A stretch of 64,000 nucleotides of DNA from Psilocybe cubensis (taxonomy: Eukaryota): positions 124,001 through 188,000 of the forward strand of contig CM039003.1 of assembly GCA_017499595.2 (NCBI GenBank), given 5' to 3'. The notes below the pieces were generated by a model. It was not told the DNA's origin and ran no database searches. It saw nothing but the letters and a program-made list of their open reading frames with translations. A program made the position numbers and the translations under genes. Of this stretch, positions 23,764 through 38,397 are shown one piece after another. Each line of letters starts with the position of its first letter. Position 1 is the stretch's first letter.

Positions 23764-24538
23764 ACCAATTTGATACCACCAAGTCGCCCGTCAAGGGCTG
23801 AGATCCAAACCTGGAAATTGCTCAGGAGAAGTATTCGCTTCATGCATTTGACGTAAGTACATCTGTTATCGCGCCTCTCATCATCAGTGTCTTCTAGGTC
23901 CAAACTCTCTATGAAGCACATATTCCACTGCACAGCCTTTTAATTTGTTCGTGTACATCCTCCATTCATGAGCGCTGGTTTGTCCATATACTCATCCAAC
24001 AACGCGAAGTACCTCTTTGGACTTCCCGTATGTTAACCCTTCTTCATTTCTCCTTCCAGGGGTACATTATGGCCGCTCGACCCTTCTAATTGGATGTTGA
24101 AAACCTGCGACTGAGCGCTCGGTATTGGCACATTACGCAGGCACTATATTTAGATCAGCTCCTTGGCATCATGTCCTTCAAGTTGGCATAGAACCAAAAA
24201 TAGAGCGGTACGAGACCATCCGACATGACAGGCACAGGCAGAAACGCTATGTTCAATTGCACTAGAACTTGCAATGAGGCGTCTTCTGCAAAGTTTTGAC
24301 AGATTCCTGATCAGCGTTTCAACCACAAAGAGGATTATCTGCGTCGATCGCCCTATTAGTCTTCGCATGCAAGTAGACGGAGGGTCTTTTCTCGGTCGCT
24401 ACGTTGGTAACGTTCCCCTTAAGTCGATCTTGCTGCACGGCATTCTTTGGTTACCGTATGTTCTCGCTACAATGGCAGACCCGGTTGGAAACACTCTATA
24501 AAATGAGCTTCATTCGGAGGGTATAGCACATCGTCACA

Positions 24539-25832
24539 ATGTCTGCACCCCGCTATTCCGTTAGCGTCCAAGAGAGTATCATCAGTGCTAATATCAACAG
24601 CTCTATCCTTCTCACTTTGCTGATGGGTCAGTCTTTTTTACCTAGTTAATTTGAAATATTTCTGATAGGCGCTGTGGTTAGGTGTGTACACAATGGTGTA
24701 CGGCGGAACGGTATACGTGTATCGTATGTCCGTTTATTCACACTCACTAAACCCGGACATTAACATATAAAAACAGTCAATGAAAAGCCCTTGAATACCA
24801 GTAGACGGGTGGTTCTAAGCGCAATTTCTGCCCTTTACATTCTTGCCGTTCTAGATTTCGTTTTGGAATGGTACTTTTTGAACGTAACATTAATGGTTCA
24901 TGGAGATACGCGCGAAGACATTTTCAGAGCAACGCTGATGGATGTTCCGTTGTGGCTTGCGATTATCTTTGAATGCATACAAGACTTTATGCTTGTCATA
25001 TCAGATGGGCTATTGGTATGTTGTTTTATTAGAATGCGTACATGGTGGGTCTAATGTAGATCAACAGATATGGAGATGTTATCACGTATGGGGCCGATCG
25101 CTCAAGGTTATTGCCCTTCCATCACTGCTATGGCTAGCAGAGATTGGTCCGTGAGCTGCTGATTCTTGCGATATATCCAACTAATACAAACATTTACAGG
25201 CCTATCTATCACCAACACAGTGCTAGACGGACTGACAACAAATTTCGCACTTCAGATCGATATTCCAATATGCCTCATATTCACATCGCTTGCAACCACT
25301 ATAGCCTGCACGGTGCTTATAGGCTTCAGAATATACACTGGTGTCGATCACAGCTGGCGGTCAAAGACGGTATATAGCCGGGTGCTGGTGACAATTGTGG
25401 AGTCTTCTGCGGTATATGCGGTCGTTCTCCTGTTCCTTGCGTTGACTTTGGTGGTCCCCCCATTGTACACCTTGCCTCTGTATGCAATTGGATACTACGT
25501 TCAGTCAACCCTTATTGTCGTTTCAGTACGTTCGCAGCATAATTCTTGTCTTATTCTATATAATCCTTACTTGTCGTCACCAGGGAATGGCTCCAACGGT
25601 CATGGTTGCACGACTTTCGATTACGAACAGCAAAGCGGCTTCATCTGCAACCGTTACACACATCACCGGACTGAACTTCGGCTTGAATCATGGAAAAGAC
25701 AGTTTTCAAAGTCAACGTTCCATCAGCGGAGACAACACCTATTCCATTCACAGACAAGCCTCTGTAAATGATAAAAATGCCGACATAAAGGAGTCTCATA
25801 GAACTCAACAAAGTGATCAGAGTCCTGTTTAA
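24539..25832 (+). CDS. 7TM (GPCR-like) membrane protein, multi-exon
   Basis: NSSILLTLLMGVYT, ISDGLLIWRCYHVWG, IVESSAVY, GMAPTVMVARL; several hydrophobic helices. Confidence 0.8.
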
Positions 25833-27050
25833 ATCATGCTTATTTAAAGTAAATAGAACGGTATTTAACGATTTAGTATACGCCCTATATGTACATTATG
25901 AAGACCTAATGCGCGGATATTTTTGTTTGCATACATCGTTCCCCCCCTCCGCACGTCCTCATACCGACGAGCAAGAAGACATGCTACATCAGGCTCGCAA
26001 GGCAGCAAAGGTGCGTCACCTCAATTACTCCCTTCTGGATCCAAAACACATACCATATATCCAGCATATATGCTGACCGTGCCGTCAGCCACTTCCGTGT
26101 ACCCCTACTGTTGGGTTTACAAAAATCCCAGCTTTGATCACAACAACCGGACATGTTAATGAGATGTTGGAAGAGCAAGAAGACAGAGGCACTAATATCA
26201 GCATCTAGTCGATTCTTCAAGCAGATATATACTCAAAAACAAGTGAACTACACATTCTACTTTTTTTGCGAACACACACAACCAACGTGACGTACGTTGA
26301 TTCATTCATCTCTTCCTCAGTTCATCAACGCTAGTTGTCACGAATCTGATCCCCTCGATACAGAGGTAGCAGAACAGAACTGATACTCACACTTATGACA
26401 GCAGTCGTGTTGGTGAAAGACTGCCGGTTGGAAATATCCACTACGGATCAGTTTATTTGGCCATCAACTTGTCAATGCTCTGAATCCAATCCCACCAAGT
26501 ATTTTGTGATATCTGTTGAAGAGATTTTCAAGAGGTTTTCAACGGCTTACGCCTCTGGAACTTGATAAATTTCCTTGTAGAACGCCCTTCATTCAATTAA
26601 GTGTTATAATTTCCTTGGGGGGAATGTCTTTTATTTATTTAGGAGACAAATGAGCCTGCAAATTCTATGAATTTAGCCGTTTCAGGGGGACAGGATGGGC
26701 AGCTCATGATGATCAACAGCAGTAAACGTCGCTGAGCTTCGATTCTAACGTACAGACAATCTAACTATCACAAATGTAAGATATTTGGGCTGCTGGCCGA
26801 GACGGCTACAAGTGAAAGCCTGAGCACTGCTCAGATTCCCAGCTCAATATGGCTACAGTAATGATATAATACACCTCATTATTGAAATAACAATCATTGC
26901 CAACAGTGTGTCATTGTGAAATGACAGTTGGTTGAACCCAGGACCTTTACGCGCTCCACACTCTACAGGTTTAGCAATGCTTTTAGATGAACCCTCAAAT
27001 ATAAACATGGTCTCATCCTATCTTTCAGATGTTACCGACCCACTTCAGAG

Positions 27051-28308
27051 ATGGCCAGCCAAGGAGATTTGTCGATACCAGCCAACATCGAAAACCACAT
27101 ATTATACGCCAGTTTAAACAGCTCTATGCTTGGAAACCTCCTGATTGGTATTTTCCCGAATTCGAAAGCGGTATTGAGCATCATGATTAATATAACGAAC
27201 TCTGCAGGGATATATACAGTCACCTATGGTGGCACTGTGTACCTTCTCTGTAACCTCTTTAGCTTGTGTTAAAAACTTTACGATTTACCTAGGATATTTA
27301 CAGTCTTCAAGAGCACATCTACGGTCTCTCGGCAGGTGGTTTTAGCTGCAATATCACTCCTTTATCTTCTCTCTATTACCGATGCTATTTTGCAATGGTA
27401 CTTCCTCAATGTATCATTCATCGTTCATGGAGACTCGAGGGATTCAATCTTTTGGGAGTCTCTTAGTGCACCGCTGTGGTTATCCACCGTTAACAGCGCA
27501 CTGTTAAGCGCATCGTTTATCGTCTCAGATGGACTCCTCGTATGTACCCAGTCTAGATACACAGCTAGCTTTATTAAACCCGCCGACTGACAGATTTGGA
27601 GATGTTATCATGTCTGGGGAAGGCGCTTAAAAGTCATCGCATTTCCCATAATCCTTTACGGAGCAGAAATTGGTGTGTTTCTCTTTCTGACAAGGCCATT
27701 CAACGGATTCTCAAGCTGCCTACAGCTCTATCAGTCGCAGATTTAGTCCTCCAAGCAACCATTCCTTTGATTAGCAGCCCAGAGGAGGCAAGCATAGAGA
27801 ATAAAGTTGCGACTGCCCAGCAATTCACATCACTCGGTACCACGGCCACAACCACATTCCTCATCGGATGGATGTTTTTCTCTGCGTTCAAAAACGGAGC
27901 CCTGCATTCGGAATCGCAATACACTCGGATTCTAGTGATCATTGTGGAGTCCTCTGCGATATACTCTGTGATTCTGACATTATCTGCTGTGGCTGGTGTG
28001 ATACCGCAGACCTACACCATAGAGTCTCCGCTATCCCAGTGGGACTACTATGTAACAACTTTACTGATGAATGTATCAGTAAGTATTTTTTCTGATCGCA
28101 ATTGGACGCTACTTATTATCTGAATCAATGCACGATAAACCAGGGTCTCGCTCCGACTGTCATGGTCGCAAGACTTGCTCTTAGGAGTTCCAAGAATGCA
28201 AATGCTTCTGATACACGTTCCGATGACGATATGCGTTTTCGGAATGCTCAAAGTCTAACTGACACAGAGAAAGGGCTCAGAGGGGTCATTACATTGGACA
28301 TTGTTTAA
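27051..28308 (+). CDS. 7TM (GPCR-like) membrane protein, tandem paralog
   Basis: LNSSMLGNLLIGIYT, VSDGLLIWRCYHVWG, IVESSAIY, GLAPTVMVARL; introns at positions matching the previous gene. Confidence 0.8.
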
Positions 28309-28469
28309 TAATTTCTAATAGTCCACGACCGCTGTAATCAGAAGACCAGTTTACCGAGCTACTTGGTCTGAAGGTCTAGGACTAAAAGAAAACTGTATTT
28401 CCGTTACTGTACACATTGGTAGTATTGCTCCAACACCTTCCTACTAATACAACCTCATTATCTCGCATA

Positions 28470-29238
28470 TTACACCACTATCCCCAGAGCCAGCAAAGTG
28501 AGGTCCAAAGAAAGGTCATCCAGGAAGTTTGCGACATCAGGGAACCCAGCATCACGGAAACTGGGTTGTAAGAAAGATTCCAATTGGTCAGAAAAAAGTA
28601 AAACTTTGTTCCAGAAAATATATAATGCTCACAGCTGTGCAATTCCATCGGTCACTCCAAGGAGAACTCCATCCACGCCCGAGATAATTTGGCTTAGAGC
28701 TGGATCGAGTCCAAGCTCATCAATCAGGTCGTCAAGTCCCGGGATGACCAGAGCGCCTTGCAGAGTGCTGCTGATTTGCTGAAATTGGCATATCAATTTA
28801 AACCCTCACTCTTTTAATTGAGTTATTCTTGATCTATGCAAACACGTACCCCGATAATTGCAACGATAGCCGCTGCTGCTTCCGCATCGGTATCCGTAGG
28901 CGCGGGTGAGGTGACAAGTGCCAACGAAGTGTGCGCTGTGTTGGCATTGCTCACGACACTAGCAATTAGTGGTGATATCGAACTCTTGGTGGCTACTCCG
29001 CTTGCAACGATGGATTCTATATCACAAAGACAATACAGGTGAGCAAAAAAGGCAGAGCGCTCAGAGGATGCATCTTACTGATCTCTGGGAGGATGAACGA
29101 CGTCTGCTTTTGAAGCGTGTTCAGCGTTCCCACAATGCTCGGAACTTGTCTCGAGCTTTTTGGTTCTGGTGAAGGGATTGCATAACCAGAGAGTGTTCCT
29201 AATGCCAGAAATGAGACAATGAATTGCAACGCATGCAT
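28470..29238 (-). CDS. SC15-like small secreted amphipathic protein 1, 4 exons
   Basis: Signal peptide, QTSFILPEI|..VASGVATKSSISPLI, LGLDPALSQII, C-terminal LTLLALGIVV; no Cys. Confidence 0.75.
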
Positions 29239-31447
29239 GATGAGTGTAGAAAATCCTCTGAGACCTAGGAATACGGGAACTACGAGATCCTCGTTGACTT
29301 GCTCTTATAGATCCTCGCTTCAGAATGAATTTCACTTTACAAGTCATTCTGTGTGATAATTCACTCTTTTGGGCGAATTACTCGATGGGTGCCATATGTT
29401 CATCGAACTTCTCTGGCTTTGAGACAATCGTACCCGTTAATTATATTTGGAAATCATTCTAGTTCATAAATAACAAACCTCTGTGTGAATGATGGATTTC
29501 AAGAATCCAGGAGTCCGAGATGGTAGGTGATCACATCTAGAAAAACGGGTGAACATCACAATTTATCCATATATATCCTCTCTCACCATTTTTTTTGCAC
29601 ATTCATAAACGCTCGTCATATACTACAGGTATTGGTTTACTCGGGATCACAGACTTTGATCTTCTAACTATAGAATGATAGGTGATTTAATGATGCATCA
29701 ATCATTCGGAACGCCATTCCCTCAGCATTGTCTTCTTGGGGTCAGCTGAACTTTGATCTTGACGACGGGAAAGGTCAATGGGAACCTCCGAGTCAGAGTT
29801 TAGGAAATCGACGGATGCAGTCTCAGAAGTGGTGTAAATGACACAGCACCCATACCGGAAGCGTGGTGGGAAACCGATTCAGTAACCTTGGTAAAGCACT
29901 CCTGGAGTCAATCTTTGGTTCATTTCGCAAATCTAAATTAACGCACTTCCCGAGTCTCCGAAGGCGCATCTCACATATAAAGCAACGCTGAAATTCTCAG
30001 AGTAATCATACATCAAACAAACACGTCGGGATTTTCCGAATATAAAACTCACTTCTATGAAAGACTCGTATCTTGCACAGATATTCAAAGTAGAATTCAA
30101 CGCAGAAATTTCTTTTACCTTAAAAAAGATGAACTCTTAACTTATCTAATACATCAAGTACCAGATTAAGATGTCATAATGAACTCCAGTTTGAGTGGAA
30201 ATCAAACTGTAGTAAATGCCCGTATGTTAACTGGAAGACAAAACAAGAGAAGTTCTTGCAGTTAAACTAAAAACATGCTGCGACTCTATTAGTCAGATTA
30301 TATAGCGTAATTACCTACCTGACTTGGCTGGAAATCAATCTTATATCTTGATTGTGGCCCTGATATCACCGTAAAAGATTGCTTTCCAGCTAATCCGGGT
30401 AGGTTTTGGATGATATTGCAGTGAAGAATGAGTAAGGTGCATACTTCATGCGCCAAATAACATTCCTAGGCTTACATGATTAACACCCGATAAGATTACT
30501 TTGATCATGTATTAGATTTATTGCAGCTGCGAACATCTTCCTGCCTTAATGGTTACCTACCGTTGACAGATTACGGGTAAGCCAATTGTAATAGCTAAAT
30601 TGTCGGATTCAATATCACAGCTTTCCATATACGCTTGTAATAAAATGGCTCTTCCTGGACAATTATCGGACTGACAAAAGTTATTGCCTCCCGGAATCTA
30701 ACCACATGCGAAGCTCGTCTTTTACTTGAACTATTAATAGATCTGTAACAACATACTGAGGTTATTACAGGTCAGCCAAAGGTTCAGCTACACCATAAAG
30801 ACGTCCTTGACTATGAAAATGAGTATTTTCACAGGTTTGTTGATATTTTTTTCACGTTCTTTTATCTTTCTGTCCTTGTTTACCTCAACAGTACAAATGC
30901 AACATTTGGAATGGCTACGTCATTTGTTTGGAACAGAAGTGCGGACCAAGCAAATGATTTCTCTAGCTGTCATGTTTTTTTGTCGCCATCACGTTCATCA
31001 ATGACTTCCATTTTCACCTTGTCTTCGCCACAAACTAAACATTTTTTTGCAATCTACGAATTCTTGTTTCTCTGAGGTCCGAAACCCATGCAATAGTCCC
31101 CTTGCCCGTCTGCACCCTATTCGCCATGTGTCCCGATTTCACCATCTTCAGCCTTTTCCGGTTATGTTGGGAAAGGGCTACCACCGCCACCAATCGTTCA
31201 CAATCAGCTTAACGCCTATTCCAATTCATTCTGAGCAAATTGCACGGCCTCCGACTACAAGCCGACCTTTTTCATCTCTGGCAGCGGAGTAGGTCATGCT
31301 CGATACCCTCTCTCCATCTCCACACACCCGAAGATGTTCCCCAGAGTACCCCACGCACCTCGGAACATTATCGCAACGCGTAGTTGACGATTCCTCGCAT
31401 AATATGGCTTCGGCGAAGTCAATAAACGGGATTTTTACTTGTGTTGC

Positions 31448-31454
31448 TATAAAA
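31448..31454 (+). promoter_or_regulatory. TATA box of GH131 gene
   Basis: TATAAAA about 65 bp upstream of ATG 31518. Confidence 0.5.
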
Positions 31455-31517
31455 CAAGTGAGTGGTTTTCAATCTTCGTTCTCTTCAAACGCTCACTCGG
31501 TGTTGTTCAGGGTCAAT

Positions 31518-32805
31518 ATGAAGTCTGCTTTTTGCCTCCTATCTCTCTTGGTGTCCCAGGCCACGGCCGGAACCATCCTCTGGAACGGTTTCTTCAACTC
31601 ATCATTCACAGTTGCTGACTTTGACAAATGTGAGTCTACTAGTTAAATTTTATGTTCCAGTTATTGACTCCCTATCTAGGGTCTTGGTCAAACCAGATCG
31701 CCCCATGGCAATGGTACATCCACGGAAGCGGAGCGACCTCTACATACCTTGGTGTCTCACCCAACTTCAAGAACCCCGCTGATACTACTGATGCTCAGGG
31801 TCTCAGGACGACCATCGTGAGCAAACGTCGTGGTTTCCATTTAAGAACATTTACTGAAACGTCAACTAGGACGGAACCGCATTCTGGAACGGTCAGACCA
31901 TGGAACGCACTGAGGTTATCCCCCAGACCAGCGCTAACCTCGGAACTGGTCACCTCTACTATCACTTCTCCCTCTCCACCTCCTCGACAAACGCTCCTAA
32001 CCCTGGATTCGAACACCAGATTGCATTGTATGTATTTATCTCTTTTCTGATTGACCTTCTACTGAGATAACATTACCTACAGCTTCGAGAGCCACTTCAC
32101 CGAGCTCAAATTCGGTTTAATTTCGGGTGAACAAGGTACCTCCGACCCCCTCCTGCGCTGGGACATCGGCGGAGTCTCGCAGTGGACCACCACCCTCACC
32201 CCCAACACCTGGTACAACTTCGCCTACGATGTCGACTTCTCCTCCAGCACCGTCGGCCTCTGGTTCTCCACCGGCTCGTCCCCACTCACCCAGGTCGTCG
32301 CGAACAAGGCCGCGAGCCCGTCGACCAACTCGGCCGACTGGCACATCGGTGTCCTCCGCCTGCCCAACGGCGGCACCAACTCGGCGCCTGAGGACTGGTT
32401 CTGGTCCGGCATCTTTGTCGAGCAGGCGCCCATCACGACGAGCATTGCAGGGCCTCTTGCTGGAAGCGCGCCGTCTGGAAGCTCTACCGTCGCACCATCG
32501 TCGAGCACAACCACCAAGCCTTCGACCACCTCCGCCCCCGCGTCCACCACCAGTACCACTGCTGGCCCCACTCAGACCCAATGGGGTCAGTGTGGAGGCA
32601 ACGGATACACGTAAGACTTTATTGCTCATCCTCAGAGCTCTGTTTCCTGATTGAAATTGTTCTTTAAACAGCGGCCCAACCGTCTGCGCCAGCCCATTCA
32701 AGTGTGTTCCTGTCTCTCCCCCTTACTACTCCCAGGTATGTTCAAGATTTTACGCAACCAACTTCAATTTTCTTATAATCAATTTCTTTTTTTTAGTGCC
32801 AGTAA
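31518..32805 (+). CDS. GH131 beta-glucanase with Ser/Thr linker and C-terminal CBM1
   Basis: Signal peptide, WSWSNQIAPWQWYIHG, QTMERTEVIPQ, FESHFTELK, ADWHIGVLRLP; CBM1 [29 protein letters not shown]. Confidence 0.9.
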
Positions 32806-34265
32806 ACGAAGTCTCTGGACTATTGGGAACAGTAATATACACGCCTGGAACGGGTGTGCCCGCGAGACATGTAAAACTCGTTACTGTATACCAATATCAA
32901 AAGGAAATTGTGAAAGTGTCCAATCGCCGAATGAGTTGAAGCGAAGAAAACGAAAACTTGAAAAGTGCAAAGAACTATTTTATCGCATGGAGCATCAAGA
33001 TACCAAAGTTGTCTGCCCTTCTAATCAAATCCATTTGGGTTATAAGTCAAAGTGACAATGGCTTGCATGTATGCGCACCTCTTCACCTCAACATAGCCTG
33101 GTCACATGTACTAAACCTCTTCATTAACAAGAGCACATCAAAGTAGTGCAAAAACGTACTGGTCCATTGGTGCTCGGGGAGGCATCTGTTGCATACATCA
33201 GTTAGACCTGTTTACATTCGATGAATTTATGAACCACCTGGATGTACATCTGCTCGACAAATACTGTAAGGTATGTCATGTTGTTCGCATTCAAGCATAC
33301 CCAACTACTTTGATACTAGAGACTCAGATACTCAGGGAAAAGGTGTACCTTCATGATCATCCCAAAGCTATGAAGTCAAGAATAATTCTTAAAAGGTCTA
33401 TGCCACTGGGACCTACAGTTCAAAATATAGAACACTGTCGTCAATCTAAACTGCAAAGAGGATGTTGATGCGTACAACACACTCGTACATAGACGCGCTC
33501 CTGGATTCCAAGTCAGCCGCTTCTGCGGGGAGCGGTTAAACCATTGAAGCATGATAAAAATATATCTTGAGCGTATATATACCCTCTAACACGGCCCGTC
33601 CGGAAGATGTTTTGAAGAACAAAGAGGCGACGCATCGTATTCCAGTACACTCTTCCTCAATGGTTATCATTCAAGTTGATTGTTGACTTCTGTTGAGTCA
33701 AGATTCTACGTCGAAGTCCTACTTCTCAACCCCACTGCGCACTCGCCCTTCTGAACGACTTCCCAGAACAATGAACAGGAATAAATTGACTCCACCAACT
33801 TATTCTCTCCACAACAGCTGGTCTAGAGTTTTGACACATCTTCTATGTCCACCGAGAGTGCGAGTCTGTCACTGCGCATGCCTAACTCTTCCTCCCTGGA
33901 CCGCGCACGGCACGCATGCTCCGCTGGCGGCTCCGCCAGGCGCCAGCACGGATATTTAGCACGCTTCGACTCCTCAGGTGACCTCAATTCACCGACGCTT
34001 AACCACAGAGAACACACCACGTCACTGCAATAGACAACGAACTGGATAATAAATGCCCTCCTGTTACCACTCACCACACGTCGCAGCAAGACGATTGTAT
34101 TCTTGTATTCTTGGTCCCGTTTCCATCGAATTTTCGATGCAGTGTCAATGAATCCCACAATTCACATAAATTTGGGCGTCTGAACTGCGTCCTCCGCTTG
34201 CTCTCCCCTCCCCTTACATCTTCCCTCAAATTAAAAAAAAAACAGGGATTAAAATAGCACTGTAA

Positions 34266-35774
34266 ATGGCGCTATCAAAAGCCATATCGACGCTCCTCCT
34301 CCTCCTAGCCGCGTTCAGTGTCGTGCATGCACAGACGGCGCAAGTCAATGGACCAGCGAAGAAACCACCGGCCCCCGTCCCACCCCCAGGCCACTGGGTA
34401 GACACCTGGACGTCAATGCCCCAGCTCACAGAACCCGCAAATCTACCCCCACCTCCATTTGTACGTCCCCGTTCAACTAAATAGCAAAAACTCCCATACA
34501 CATCAAAAAACCCACAGAACAAAACAAACTCGGTCTTCGCCAACTCGACGATCCGACAAACTCTGCACACCTCCGTCGGGGGATCGCAGTTCCGCGTGCG
34601 CATATCCAACAACTTTGGCGTGACCGACCTCGCCATCTCTCAAGCGTCCATTGCACTCCCAGCCTCAGGCGCCGCGGGCGTGTCCTCCATCCAGCTGCCC
34701 ACGCTCAAGCCGATCACATTCAGCGGTAACGCGAGCATCATCATTCCAAACGGCGCGCTGGTCGTATCCGACCCTGTCGACCTCGGCGTAAATGTGGACC
34801 CGCAGAGCATGGTAACGGTGTCGTTATTCCTGCAGCAGGGCCAGACGACGAACGATGTGACGTCGCATCCGGGAAGCCGTACGACGAGCTGGTTTAGCTT
34901 CGGGAACTTTGTGAATGCGGAGAAGATGACGGATGCGTCGTTGCAGAGCGTTGCGCATTGGTGAGTGTCAGGTTTGGTCTTGGATGTGTTCGAATTGAAG
35001 GGTACGTAGGTACTTCCTGACTGCGCTGGAGGTCTGGGCTCCCCCTACGACGAGCGTGTTTTCCATTGTGGGAGATAGTATCACTGACGGAAGGGGAAGC
35101 GATGACAACAAAAACAACAGGCAAGTTCTACTCACTTATCCATCCTTCCCTTCTCATCTCCTGCTTCGAATAGATGGCCTGACCTAGTCCTCGCCAAAAT
35201 GCAAAAGAACGCTGCGACGGCCAACATCGCAGTCGTCAACCAAGCCGCGGGCGGGAACCGCATCCTTGCAGACGGACTCGGCCCCAACGCACTAGGCCGA
35301 ATCGACCGCGACGTCCTCGCGCACGCCGGAGTGAAATACGCGATGATCTTCGAGGGCGTGAACGACATTGGCACCGCGCCGCCGACCGTCGCTGCCCAAC
35401 AAGCCGTTGGCGACCGCCTCATCCAGGCATTCAAGCAGATCTCCACGCGCGTGCACACATTCGGTATACCGCTGTTCGCTGCGACTATCACGCCGTTCTC
35501 AGCGCCAAACTCGACGATCCAGCCGTACTCGGACCCGACGCGCGAGGCGACGAGGCAGAGAATCAACACGTTCATCAGGACGAGCGGTGTGTTCGACGCG
35601 GTGATTGATTTCGATGAGGTGTTGAAGAACCCTGAGATCCCAAGCCAACTGAACCCCAACTTCAACTCTGGCGACTTTTTGCATCCTAATGTGGCGGGCT
35701 ATCAGCAAGTGGCGGATGCGTTCCCGTTGGACATCTTTGATCAGTTCAAAAACGGTGTTAGCGGTTTCAACTAG
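34266..35774 (+). CDS. Secreted SGNH/GDSL esterase
   Basis: Signal peptide; GDSITDG (block I), GGNR, EGVNDIG (block III), DFLHP (block V). Confidence 0.9.
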
Positions 35775-37597
35775 GGACAGACATGTCGTTCAGGAGAGAA
35801 AAAATACTACTGGATATTTGTTTTCGTTCCTTGGGATGGTGTGAGAAAAGGGTAGCTTGCTGATCATTAGGAGAAAGCAAGGAGAAAGACGTCCGTTTTC
35901 ACGACTCATTCCGAGTCATTCGTTTTGATTTGGTTTCGATGGGCCCGTTTATTTTGACTCCGACACATGCCGATTGGACGGCACTCTCTCAAAACAGTGA
36001 TGGCATGTTCCATTGAACTTGGTCATCAACGCGCGTCAGTGAGATTTTGGAGACTAATAGCCTTTCCCGCACGATAATTCACGGCTGAGCAGCGATTGTT
36101 ATCATACAGGAAAGCTTTACTTGAAATAAGGACATGTCAAACAATGAGCATAATCTCTGGCTAGATGGTCGTTTCGAACGTGTATTCCACATTCCTACAC
36201 AGGAGGTGTACATAAGTCTATGATTTAGCCCAAAGAACTCTGCTTTCCGACATCATATAAAACTCGACATTTTCTAGTGTCTGAACCCATAAATATTAAA
36301 GAATGATTACCATTGAAACGACATAGGTGTCAAGATTTCTTACCGGTATGCTTGAGCCGAAATTTACAGTGATATCAATCAAGAAAAAGTATAAACATGA
36401 GGTGGCAAATCAACATTACAGATGATCGTCCTCATAATTCGGTCATGGGAAATAAGGGCAGTTTTTTTTCGAAGTCAGTAGAGTGGCTGTGTTGCCGGGC
36501 CGGCAAACATCAAGCGTTATAGTAGTGTGACGTTGCAAAAGACATTGATAATAATAAACGTTGCCCGCTTTATGTCAAGTTTTCCTCACCAATACAGTTA
36601 GTTATGAATCATAGTATATATGAAGCCTGTAATGGCCTTCCTATGTGAACCCTTTCTGTATGTTCGAGCAGACTGTATGTGTGACACCGTGTGACCATCA
36701 GCTTTTGCCGATCCGGCAACACTGCCACTGCTATCATTGTCGCAAAGGTGCGGTTGGTGCTGGTTGGTGGTTTGCAAATCTCACCAAGCAATTTTAGCAC
36801 TCGGGAGCTGAGACCGGCTGTTTGACGACTGTCCAATTGATCAGAACATTTGGTTTCTCCTTAGCAACAATGAAGAACCCTGAACAAGCTTCGGGAGCTG
36901 AAGTTAAGTGCCAGCATACTTGGTGCATCAACAGCTCCAGACAGCCAGGTTAATCGAAACTGGTTATTGTTAATTCATCCGTGTCTGCCAAAAGTTGACC
37001 TTTTTGATCTGTCCTGTTCATGGGTGCATTCTTCCATATTAGCAAACATATTCGGTGGTGCGGGTGAATAGAATTCGTCAACCTCAAAATATGACGCCCA
37101 TTATTTGTCACCTTGGAAAGGAATCCCATGAATTCGGCATCAGCACAAATTGTCCAGCTGACTGTATACAGTTAGTTGGAATGATTTGATCATTCTGCAA
37201 AATGATAATACGAGTCAAAATTCTCACAGTTATACTTAGGCAGCCTGAAAATCTGCAAGTTATACGCTTGAATCTCATTATCAAACTCGAATATTGCATA
37301 TTCTGCTACTCCAGCTTCTTCAACTGCCAGAGATCTTTGTTTGTTTCATGTCAAACGTCTTAATCAGATTCTAAGTCACAAATGTGAATACTCACAACAA
37401 TCAGTGCACCCGTACAAGATGACTGGTGACAGCGCGCGTAAATGAACTATGTTTATTCTGAAAAGTTGAACAACACGATGGACAGAGAAGGCAGATGGTT
37501 CATATGGTCCTCGTCAGCTTCTTTCGCATTCTCCCGGAGAAAATCTGGTACAATAATCCAATTTAGTAGCGTGAGCCTCGTTTACCTTGCTTTACAG

Positions 37598-37604
37598 TAT
37601 AAAA
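37598..37604 (+). promoter_or_regulatory. TATA box of SC15-like gene 2
   Basis: TATAAAA about 60 bp upstream of ATG 37665. Confidence 0.5.
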
Positions 37605-37664
37605 GACGAAGCTTAGCTCTCATGTTCTCCAGCGCTGTGTCCCGAGTCAGTCGAAACAAAGACA

Positions 37665-38397
37665 ATGCTTACTCTTCAGATCTTCGCTTTTATCCTCTCA
37701 TTCAGCGCATTGGCAGCGTTCTCCAAGCCGACCACTGAATCCAAACGCTCCACTGATGATCTTTCTATAATGGACGTCGTAACAACTCTGCACAGTCAGA
37801 CATCCTTGATCATACCTGAAATCAGTGAGTGAACCCTTCCTCTCTACTAAAATACAAATATTAACTGTTCTAACCTACCTTATCTCATTTTAGATTCTCT
37901 TGTCGCGAGCGGTGTTGCTACAAAAGAGTCAATCTCCCCATTAATCTCTAGAGTCGTAGACAATCTCAATCAGGCCCACTCATCATTGGTGGCGATAACT
38001 ACGCCGGCCTCTACAGACACTGCGGCCGGCGTTGGCCAAGTTATGGGCGCCGTTGTGTCGGTAAGCACTCAAATTGTGCATTTAGAGGTCACTATAGGGC
38101 TTACCAACGCATCGTTTGTTAGGATATAACCACAACGTTCACTAATGCACAAACAGTAATCCCTGACCTCGACGTTGTACTGCAACAGTTTGCTGTTGAT
38201 GATGCAACCAATCAAATCCTGGTGTTTTTGGATGACCTGCTCAACGATGTTCTTAATTTCGTCACACAAGTGTGAGTGTACGATGGAAATTAGGGCTGCG
38301 CTTCTTTCACTGAAATTTCCCAAACAGCCTGATCCATCTAGTAAATTCCTTGATCGATCTGGGATTTAAAGAAATCCTGCAAAGCCTTGGGCTATAA
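37665..38397 (+). CDS. SC15-like small secreted protein 2, 4 exons (missed by ORF track)
   Basis: MLTLQIFAFILSFSALAAFS..SKR..QTSLIIPEI|NSLVASGVATKESISPLI...|DITTTFTNAQ...|LIHLVNSLIDLGFKEILQSLGL; same three intron positions as paralogs. Confidence 0.8.

Noticed and set aside
32117-32701. 194-aa and 175-aa GC-rich ORFs in the track
   Set aside because: Shadow frames of the GH131-CBM1 exon.
35132-35665. 177-aa minus-strand ORF
   Set aside because: Antisense shadow of the SGNH esterase.
36600-37350. Possible relic coding sequence on the minus strand
   Set aside because: Interrupted frames and no identifiable family.
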